From Eledone cirrhosa (lineage: Eukaryota): DNA of 64,000 nucleotides. Both the position numbers and the translations under genes were made by a program. Positions 53,547 through 64,000 of the stretch are shown one piece after another. Every line of letters starts with the position of its first letter. Position 1 is the first letter of the stretch. The DNA lies in assembly GCA_964016885.1 (NCBI GenBank), contig OZ024746.1, positions 46,314,001-46,378,000 on the forward strand. The letters run 5' to 3'. The notes under the pieces were generated by a model. It was not told the origin of the DNA. It saw nothing but the letters and a program-made list of their open reading frames with translations, and searched no databases.

Positions 53547-53617
<71 letters not shown>

Positions 53618-53860
53618 TATATATATATAAATGAGAGGTATAGAGATTGTTTTAGCGAGAAGCTAACAACATTCTATAACATATATGCGACTATAACGTC
53701 AAGATGGAAAAAGTAGTTAACGTAAGATTTAGGAAAAATAATTCAAACTCATCTCAAAAGAGAGTCAGGATACAAATTCATCCACAGAATTTAGTGCAGT
53801 CCAGGGAAAAATCAATAGATCTTTAACTCATGATAAAATAAAGTTTAAAACACTTATCCT

Positions 53861-53993
<133 letters not shown>

Positions 53994-54128
53994 CATATAT
54001 ATATGTATATGCATATATATATATGCATATATATATATATGCATATATATATATGCATATATATATATGCATATATATATGCATATATTTATATATATGC
54101 ATATATATATATATATGCATATATATAT

Positions 54129-55918
54129 ACGATTCACCGAGCACCTCCGGGATATTCGTCTCGGGGTAGTTCCCCCATCGCCCGCCACTTTGGTGGCCCT
54201 GGACATTCCGCACGCCATCTCACAGTCTGTGGCCTACTCCAGAGCCACTGAACACCCGCCAATCGCCTTACGGTCGAACAACGAACTATCTTCATCTTAC
54301 AGACCCACACTCCCCCCGGCCTGAACTCCCCACCCTTATTCCTTTAGCCTTCGACCGTCCCCTCTCCCACACTTACACCCCACTAACACCACTAACACAC
54401 CCCTCCTTTTCACCGCCCACCCACAACTAACAATACTAACACCTCCACTCCACCCCTCATCTGACCACCCTTCCCCAACTAACATACTAACATCCCTCCC
54501 TTCTTCTCCTCCTCCCCCCTCCTTATCACACGCACACATCCACCGGCACATATATACACGCGCTCACACTAAACACACACCCTACTACCATCACTAACCC
54601 TCACCCCCACACCTCTCACCCCCACACCTCCATCCCACCACCCCGCAACTAACCTCACTAACACCCCCTAACCCCAAGCACACGAACACACGCACCCACT
54701 TACACCACCCACCCCACACGCAACTAACATCACTAACACCCCCCAACCCCACGCACACGTGCCCACACACCCTCGTACACCACCAACTCTACACACCCCA
54801 CCACCACTAAAGCCCCACTCACACCTGCATTCAACCCCTCCCCATCTCCCGTATACTAACACCCCTTCATCAAACTACACACACACCAGTACACCACACT
54901 CCCTCCATAGAACCACACACACCCTTCTCTCCCCGCTCCACCCACACCCTCGCTCCACACTCACTCATCCCACTAACACCTCTACTAATACACACACACA
55001 CACCCTCCTCACTCCAACTTTCACACCTACCCATCCTCGCCCCTTTACCATTCCACCGACTGCTGCTATGCCCTCTGCCACCTCCCAGCACAAACAGACA
55101 CAGCACTCCCACTGCTTGACCACTTCCTGTTGCGCGCGCACCCCACATCTCTCCTCTTCCGACCGTCGCTTCATGGAATACGCGCACGCAGAAATTGACC
55201 AACACAAAATCCGCTATACACCTTTGGAATTTACCTACTTTTCAACCATCCTCTTACGTAATCACCTATATAACTCACCAAACATTTTTTCTTCACACGC
55301 CACCTACACCCACAACACGCTTAAACCCCCACACACACGTGCTTTCCACCACATATTTACACCCCCAGCCTCCTGATTCCTCTCCCTCCACCCCTCTATC
55401 CACACACGCACAGACACTCCGACCCCCCCCCCACACAACCTCTTCCTGAACATGCAACCCCGTTCTTCCCCCAACCCTTACTTTCACATACACACACACA
55501 CACCACCTTCAGCCCTCCCCGCTCGGACACCCCATCTCCCTCTCCCCACTCCATCCGCCACCACCCCTACACACCCCACACCCTTCCACCACCTGTTTTA
55601 CCTCCCTTTTAATTTCAGTTTATTTTGATCATGCTTTTATATTTAAATTTATTTCATTCCTTGTAACTTGATCATGTTTTATTTTTATTTTTATCTTTAT
55701 TTTTTTATTTTTTCATTCGCACCGTTTCCTTTCGCTATATGTCTCTCCACCATTCCCCTACACACCCTTTGAACTCTGTTCCCACACACTTCTCACCTGA
55801 GGAAGGGCTTATTCCCGAAACGTCGTCCCCCACCAACACCCCACTCTCCAGAGCGTGAAATTAATAAACATTCGTTGTACTGCCTCTCTGTTTTGTCCCT
55901 GTTCAAATTTTTCCATTA
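54129..55918 (+). mobile_element. 5'-truncated Penelope-like element (Neptune-like GIY-YIG C-terminus, C/A-rich UTR, HHR core)
   Basis: [10 protein letters not shown]../PIARHF..PGHS..LTVCGL..R..EQR.IF.LQT..PPGLN across a frameshift and a stop. CTGAGGA-a-ggg cttatt ccc-GAAAC-gtc-GTC at 55797-55827, then AATAAA. Confidence 0.85.
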
Positions 55919-55929
55919 TATATATATAT

Positions 55930-57252
55930 CTAAGGCGGGTAAAATTCCCGAGATCCATGGACGAGTTCTCTCCAGCGGTCTCTGTCCCTCATTATCGCTG
56001 CCATATCCTGCATCTCCAACAGACCAGTGTCTGTCCTTAGGGCATCAACATATGTTAACCTTGGTCTTCCTCTTCTAGTGTGTCCATGTAGGGGCTCCCA
56101 AAGGAGCACTGAGTGCAATGTCAACTCTGGATGTCGGTGAGCATGTCCAGCCAATCTCAGTCTCCTCTGTGTCACTTTTGAGCTGACTTTTGGGATGCTC
56201 CCATACAGCTCCGAGTTTTTCATCCTCAGTGTATACTGATTAATGTTCAGAGCCATCCTCAGCATTCTCGTGTAGCACCCATCCACCATCTGAGTGAGTC
56301 TCTTGGTCAGTGTCCAAGTCTCAGACCCATACAGCAGCACAGACTCCACTACAGCAATGAAGAGGCGGATTTTCAGGTCTCTACGAAGGTCCGACTTCCA
56401 CACCGATCTCAAGCTGTGACACGCCGCCCAGGCCTTGCTCTTCCTCTCAACCACATCATCTTCCGTATTCCCAATCTTTGCTGCCAAATACAGGAAGTCC
56501 TCAACCAATTCCAGCGGGTTCCCGCCTACATTAGTGATCCCCTCTGGCTTCTCAACATTCTCTACCAGATATTTTGTTTTAGTCTCATTCATTCTCAGCC
56601 CTACACTCATCGACACAGTCTCAACCTCCCGCATCAAATCCTCTGCCTCCTTCAATGTATTTGTCACCAAAACTATGTCGTCGGAAAATTCAGCATCCGA
56701 TACCTTTTTCGCCCCAACTCTCCTGCTCTGAGCCAGTGCCACAGTAAAGCCAGAGTCCTGGTGTTTCTCCAGTGCAAGGCGCATACAATAGTCCACTACG
56801 ATGATAAAAAGGTAGGGAGCCAATGTATCTCCCTGGAGCACTCCAGCCAGTATCTCAAAGAACTCTGTCATCCCATCAGGTGTAATGACTTGGGCTTTGG
56901 TGTTGGTGTAGAGCAGTGATATCAGGTCCACTATCCTCTTGGGGATTCCATAAGCCTGTAAGATCTTCATCAGGCAGTAACGGTCCACAGAATCAAAGGC
57001 CTTCCTAAAGTCAATGAAAACCATGACCGCAGGAAGGCACTTTGCTCTAGCTCCCTCTAATATCCTCCTCAGCATCAGGATGTGACTGGTGGTTGATCTA
57101 CCCTCTCTGAAGCCGTTCTGGTTGTCCCTGAGCTTCTTCTCCATCTCAGGCCGGATCCTGTTAAGAATCATCCTGTTGAGGGTCTTTGCCACAAGTGACG
57201 TCAGTGAGATCCCCCGGTAGTTGTTGGTGTTAGAGAGATCTCCCTTCTTTGG

Positions 57253-57255
<3 letters not shown>
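55930..57255 (-). mobile_element. 5'-truncated RTE-type LINE (second family) with open RT frame of about 440 aa
   Basis: [44 protein letters not shown] (sister copy FADD), LYGSETW and RGRP. TA repeats on both sides. Confidence 0.93.
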
Positions 57256-57325
<70 letters not shown>

Positions 57326-57422
57326 TATATATATATATATATATGCATATATATATATATACATATATATATAGATAGTTAGATAAATGTAGACGGGTGT
57401 GTATGATTGTGTATAGAAGATT

Positions 57423-57657
57423 ATATTAATATGAGGAATTCCAACTTTGTCTGATTTACTCATTTTATTTACAATCCTTTAAAATTTATAATGGTATCAT
57501 AATGAAATAGTATGATAGAATATTAAATTATAAGTGTTAATTAACACTTAGAATTTAATATTCTATCATACTATTTCATTATAATACCATTATAAATGTT
57601 AAAGGATTGTAAATAAAACGATTAATCAGACAAAGTTGGAATTCTTCTTATTAATAT
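57423..57657. repeat. Spacerless imperfect palindrome of about 235 bp
   Basis: Centre aagtgttaa|ttaacactt at 57540/57541, with reverse-complement arms. Confidence 0.85.
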
Positions 57658-57703
57658 ATATATATATATATATGCATATATATATATATGCATATATATA
57701 TGC

Positions 57704-57737
<34 letters not shown>

Positions 57738-58399
57738 GTATATATATATATATGTATATATATAATCTATGCCAGCATGGAACATGGAAAAACAGATGGT
57801 GATGATATATATATAGACTTATGTTTGTGTGTATGTGAGGTATCCAGCAAGAGAAAAGAAAGAGGTCTTTAGTGCAAAGTTTGGGTATGATTTGTTTGAA
57901 TGGAATGCCAATCTATTATTGATTTTCTTTTCTTCAAATATTTCATAATTATAATTTTCACTTGCTTATAATAAATCTATAATGAGATATAACCTGCAGC
58001 CCTTAGGAACTAGATGTCTGGGGAAATTTATAGCTAGGTTATGGCAAAGTTCAAAAGGAAATTGAAGGTACAATCCTGGAAATGCTAGTAAATATTTGAG
58101 ATCAATTCATTACAAATATAGATAATGAAGCTGACAATAATGATGTGATGAAACATTTATTGCATAGAGTAGCTGCCATATTTGCTAATATAAGAATGCT
58201 ATCAGAGTTGGCCTTAATTGAAATGATGTATTTGGAAACAATATGGGGTAAAGGATACTCTCTAGTATAGTTAAGCATATGACAACCTGTTTAGTGCTGG
58301 AGTCACTAAACACTGAGTATATTCTGTATGGTCTGTAAGGTGGCAGTGGTGGTTTTATTTCTATTTTCTATTAGTCAGGAGATTGTGTGTTAAACTTTC

Positions 58400-59510
58400 C
58401 AACTACATGGCTTCTCCATTCATTCCTAGTCATCGCTTATTGATATATCTGATTTATATTAAGGCCACAGGAGTCTTGTATGTTTTCTACATATGTTAAG
58501 CATGGTTGACTTCTGCATTTTTCGCTTTTTGTTGTAGTGTATAGTGGTGGGTTGTTATCTTTTGTGGGCTTCTCAGCCAATGACCAAGAGTATGCATCTG
58601 ATTGCAAATGAGTATGTCTGCAAGATTTCTGCTTTTCGTGATTTCTCGGATCTGTTCATTTCTGGCTCTATCTGTTTGTTTGACACCCAATATAATATGG
58701 TAACAGCTAAGTTTAATTAAATTGTTATGGTGGAGTTGAGAGTCCATGATTCTGCCCCAGAGAGCAGTATGGAGATGATTAAAGAATCAAACAATCATAA
58801 CTTGAGTTGAAAAGAGATTCTGTTGGATCTCCAAACTGATTATAACATCCAGAAATTGTTCCAGGCAATGGCACACCTTTGATAAAAGTCTTTTAGGCAT
58901 GAGGCAATGCAGGCTACCCTGTATTTGAAATATGTTACAATTTCCTTATATTCCAGACCTAGTGGTGGGGTCTGGTATAGGTGTAATTCATACAGGTGTA
59001 GTCAAGTAAGATGATTAAAAACATTTACTAGCTTGTAAAATACTGAGGGAAGTTGACAAGCTCATCTACATCGAAACAAGGTATCGCTGAGAGCAACGTA
59101 AACACAGGCATCAGCAAAACTTGGGATACGTTGAATAAGCTGATTACAATTTGAAAATCAAAGCTTCACAAACAAATTCTTCCAAGTGACAGTGAAGTTT
59201 ATCCTGCTGTACAGGTACACTATGTGGACACTCACTAAGTAACCCTAGAAAAAACATGACAGAAGACACACGAGAATGCTCAGAGTAGCTTTAAACACAT
59301 TCTGGAAGCATCACTCTACATAAAAGCAGCTTTACAGCCATCTTCCTGCAATTTCTCATACTACCAAAGGGAGATAAACCAGATTCACAGGACACTGCTA
59401 GTGAGCAAAGAAAGAAATTGTCAATGGACACGAAAGCATGGGCATTTTAATGTGGGTATACCTCACAGAACCTGCATAAAAAACTGTGTGAGGATGCTAA
59501 AGGCAATCTT
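58400..59510. mobile_element. Very decayed RTE-like LINE relics (minus about 58400-58930, plus about 59100-59510)
   Basis: Fragments resembling FKY.G, R...AWN.F, ILGV, and WTLT..RMLRVALN..W. Confidence 0.45.
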
Positions 59511-61234
59511 GCTGAATGCAAAATACTCTCTTTTATATTTGTATTTGATAACTCAATGTTACTCACACATAAACAACTATAACTACTACTTATAACATAG
59601 AATTGTGTTTTCTGTAATTCAGTATTTTTTCTAATTAATATATGTAAATACCTTGGCAGTCACCCTACCTAATTAATGCTGCATATTACACTCTCTTGAG
59701 ATTGAATAAGTCTGTATACATTTAGATCTTGTGGTTGTCATACTAGCCTGCTTGTTCTCACTCCCTCTCTTATTCAACTTAAAACCTATCTTAAAGAATC
59801 AATAAACAAATTTATTATATAGGGGTTTATATATTTTTTCATTGCACATCTTTTGTGATCTCTACATCAGTCAATGCAAATACCAAATATTCATATATAT
59901 TCTGTTTGCAGAATATGCATGATTCAGACGGCATAGTTTAAAATGAATGCCATCTACTCTTTTGTATCTGAAAATTATTACCATAACTCTTTTTTAAAGC
60001 AAGACTAAATATATATTTTGCATCAAATTTTTATATTCCTAGTCAAAATAATGAGCTAGATTCAATCAAGATGATAAGATAACCGAATAGTCAGTAGTGT
60101 ACACGTTTTCACAAATGTAGCACTCTCAATGGTCAAATCCACTTTATTGTATTAAATCCTTTATATAATACTATAAAATAGTATAAATACACTTCTAAAA
60201 GTAATAGTGAGTTAAAGAAATGTAATTGTGTGTTCAAATCATATTTGCTAGTAAATAAGATTTGTTTTTAAAGTTCAAATATTTACAGTTTCCAGATTTG
60301 ACACATCTTAGATAAAAGTAAACTTTAAAAAGATATCAGAGCAAAGTAGTGCATCCAATATGTTATAAGTGAATAATACATGTTTCAGTTTAACTGCTAG
60401 AAATAGATACCAGATTTATCAGGATAACATTTATGTTACTTCTGCTCAGAACTAAGTGTAAGTTTTTTGAGCTCTTCAGTATTTTGAAGAAATTTCAATG
60501 ACATACATCCTGAGTTTTATAGCATGAATTTAATTAAACTATAAATATTCTGTAAATATAAACACATTTTTAGTGATAGTTTAATAATAGAGAAGAAAGA
60601 AAGCAACTATTACAACATACTTCCTTCAGAAGCAATATTCATATCTTAGAATATATCTGTTTTACAAAATCTACATGTTTATTTTATATTGTTTATTTCA
60701 TAAAGATTATAATATTGAATTTTATAGCCTAAACTTAAATTATTTTTTTTTAATAATATTTGATAAATTTACCCAATTTTAGCATTGAAATTCTTCTGAG
60801 GCAAATTAATTTGAAGTCATATTTAAATTATTCCATTTTCCTTTTATTTTTATGATATATATTTTTCATGAAAACAAACCAAAATAAAGAAAATACAGTA
60901 AAAACAGAAATTTACAAATACGATCAACATTTTTTTAATTGAGTCCACAAAAGAATGTCTGCTCATCCTGCTAGAAATAATAGCCAAGCCTTAAATAGTT
61001 TTCACCCTATCTTCTTTACAGAAGGTCATCTTGGATAATGGGATGAGAGATGCATTACATCTGTAAATTAGATAGAATTGATACAAACTGATATAACTGA
61101 AATGTGTTTGATCATGCATTTACCCTTATTAGAGATAACCTGGTGTTAAATAACAACTAAAACAACACTGTAAAAGTATTAATGTGTTTGTCTATTTTTT
61201 CTTTTCTTTTATTTAACATTATTATTTAACAGTA

Positions 61235-61421
61235 TGGCGGTGGATTGGCAGCATCGATAGAGGATCGGATGCCATGCTTTGACGCATAGAGTTAAGGCCC
61301 TTGCCATTCTGAGTTCAAATCCCGCCGAGGTTAACTTTGCCTTTCATCCTTACGGGGTTGATCAAATAAAGTACCAGTAATGCACTGGATAATTGCTGGC
61401 CTTGTGCCAAAGGTAGAAACA
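61235..61421 (+). mobile_element. SINE family 1, full length
   Basis: Core match, with TSD attattatt(t/g)aacag. Confidence 0.88.
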
Positions 61422-62159
61422 ATTATTATTGAACAGCATTACCATGTACACAGACAATTTGCAATTTTCATGGAATCAAGAATTGTTCATGAACATCTCA
61501 ACACTGTATAAAATACATCTCTATCATATTTTTCCCCTGACAGATTAATTATTCAATCGCTTCTAGTTAAGGTGGTAAGCTATAACTCTGTTCTATGTCT
61601 AATTTTAGTTATGGCAGTCAGACAGCTGTGTGTTGTAGCCATGTATTCTGTATAGTATCAGGAATAAAACATGAATGTCATATCAATTCAATTAATTATA
61701 TTTTTAAAAGATTTAACAATAATTCCAAAGTTAAAAGTTAAGAATTTTTTCTTAGCCTGTCTGTATTCAAATGTTCATATTTAGATTAAGAGCTAAAAGA
61801 AATCTCATAACATGAATCTTATCTTGAGATTTCATTTGATCAATAGTAACTTAATATACACCAATATATAAAATTACAGATGTTTTACTAAACTCCAAAG
61901 TATCTTTCTTATATTGAAATTAATTAAAACACATAGATGGTCTTCTCCTTAGAAATATAGTAACAAAGTGTTTAATATATAAAAGTCAGTGTTTAAGTAA
62001 ATAATTTGAAAGACTGAATACTAAATTTATGAAATCATATCTTGCAGAGTATCAGATACTTTGAAAACACAAATTATCCTAGCCACCCAGTCAATATACC
62101 TGAAAAATATAACCTCATTCATATTTCACAGTTGAAAGGTCAACATTAATAAGGACATC

Positions 62160-62500
62160 ATCTTCCTCATCGTAATCAAGTGCTAGGTGTGTTCTAGACA
62201 TTGGCGATCATGGCTCTCCAGTTCTTCTTCAGTGTTTCAGATGAGGTCACTGTTTCTCATCCTATCTTCGTTGGTGTATTTGCTCAGACTGTGTAAATGT
62301 TGATCTTTGCCTTCCTTGTCTCCTCTTTCCAGCGATCTTGCCACAAAAAGTCAGCTCCTCCAAACTGTCTCTTCTGTTTATGTGGCCAAAGAATTCCAAT
62401 TGCTTCTTTCTAGTAGTACGAACAAGAAATCTTTCCATGTCTATCAGACTTAGGACTTTATCATTTGTTTTCCTTTTTGTCCAAGATATTTTGAATATTC
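62160..62500 (-). mobile_element. RTE/BovB-like LINE C-terminal relic
   Basis: RIFKISWT...TND.VL..KKQLEFFGHINR..LE.L...GKIAGKRRQGRQR. Confidence 0.75.
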
Positions 62501-63389
62501 TAATAAGGACACCGAAATACAAATATTTATCAGAACAATTCCCCAAAATATCAAAGTCTGAAAATCTACCCAAACCAAATTCCCATGTAAAACAAGATGA
62601 AAAGCCATTTTGAATTGTATAATAAGAAAGTTGAAATCTTTGGGCCTACCTTCAAATCCTTAAAAAGATATTTTCAATTGTGTTGAGGATTTACATAATA
62701 AATACTACCAGTACACTCTGTAAAGTGGTTGATGATAGTAAGAGCATTCAGACATAGACACCCTGCCAAACAAAGGGTTGTGAGTAAAAGATTGCATAGA
62801 GACATGAGTAAGTGAGTTGCAGGCCACCAACCATTTATGCAGGAAAACATATAAGCAAGATGCAAGCTGCCTGCTGACCTGTGGGGTCTGTACCTGTCCT
62901 TAAGTGTCACACTGGTCAGCCTACAACCTGTCTACCTTTTGCAAGCAGGGGAAATAGTTATTAAATGATGATGAAATATCGAGTTTCGGAAGGCCTTTTC
63001 ACTTGTATTTTATTTTCATAAATCCCTTATTGCAATTTCAATAAATTTATCAATTTTCAGGATGTTAACCTTACACCTTTGTGGAAAATTAAAATAACCT
63101 TTAAAAGTTTTATAATAAACAATATTATACATAAATCATAAAAGCAATGACTAAGTGTTAAAAAGTAGAATTTGTTGTACATTTATTTGCCTTCAGCTCA
63201 GTTTTTTCAGAATTACTTTTCTACATTTTTATATGAATGCATTAAATTATATTGCAGTTCACTTTTCCTTAAACCGCTACATACAGACATAATCAGCACT
63301 CAACATGTATAACATCAATAATCAATAATCTTTGAAATATACCCTGTAAAGCACAAAATAACTTAATCTCATCATCAAGATTATGTCAT

Positions 63390-63659
63390 TACAGTCATAA
63401 AGAATATCGACAGTCGATCGACTAGATCCTAGACCACTTAACGAGTGGGGTGGAGCTTGTCAAATCGGACAAAGGAAACAATGTTTCCATTGGTCTTTTC
63501 AATTGCTAATACTATCTATTGGTCACAAATCCAGGTAGAAGGAGCAACATGAAATAAAGTGTCTTGCTCAAGGACATAATGCATCGACCAGTTCAGGAAT
63601 CAAACTTACAACCTCATGATTGCGAATCCAATTTTCTAACCACTCAGCCACATGCCTTC
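63390..63659 (-). mobile_element. tRNA-derived SINE family 2
   Basis: Reverse complement of 6189-6390 (head, ccttgagcaagacacttt, gatagtattagcaa tail). Confidence 0.8.
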
Positions 63660-64000
63660 ACTATCAAGAATATATACAGCTATAAAACTTTATCCTCCAT
63701 ACGCAGTAATAACATATAAAGGAAAAAAACATTTGCTTTGTCAAAAAATACTTGACTTTATTATTAGAGAAGATATTTCATGCAACCTGTTAACTAAATC
63801 AAAACCAAAAACTAAGTTCGCTCTAGATAATACTTTAGCTGTTTTCAGTTACTGATTGTTTCTTTAAAGCAACATTTGTTCATATATCTGGAAAGAGAAA
63901 GCTGTTTTACACACGCACACACACAAATAATATCATCCAAACTAGATTTTGTCAAATGGATATATGACTAATAGGCAAAGATTTCATTCATCAATACATC

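Noticed and set aside
53040-53550. Non-repetitive block between TA arrays, possibly a TE fragment
   Set aside because: No termini, ORF motif or second copy to support an assignment.
54759-55376. 205-aa P/T/H-rich ORF
   Set aside because: Low-complexity C/A-rich PLE 3'UTR, with no domain signature.
56416-56919. Plus-strand ORFs overlapping LINE RT (and similar antisense ORFs at 38300-39658)
   Set aside because: Shadow frames of the RT gene.

Overview
AT-rich eukaryotic, repeat-dominated, apparently intronic or intergenic DNA with no intact host protein-coding gene. The combination of (TA)n arrays, RTE LINEs with (GAT)n tails and tRNA-derived SINEs suggests a cephalopod such as octopus (inference). 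It contains one near-full-length RTE LINE (APE endonuclease, RT and a PHD-like finger, broken by one frameshift), many truncated RTE and R4-like LINE relics, two SINE families, a non-autonomous Helitron and piggyBac-type MITEs. The most notable layer is a dense set of Penelope-like element (PLE) ends and non-coding retrozyme-like units, with about 19 full or degenerate type I hammerhead ribozyme (HHR) motifs read by eye. One HHR retrozyme family (3 copies, covarying stem I, internal octamer) is fused directly to a Penelope RT fragment. Four PLE inversions break inside HHR stem II. A candidate recursive splice site lies on the minus strand at 16750. All RNA structures were derived by manual base-pairing, not by computation.
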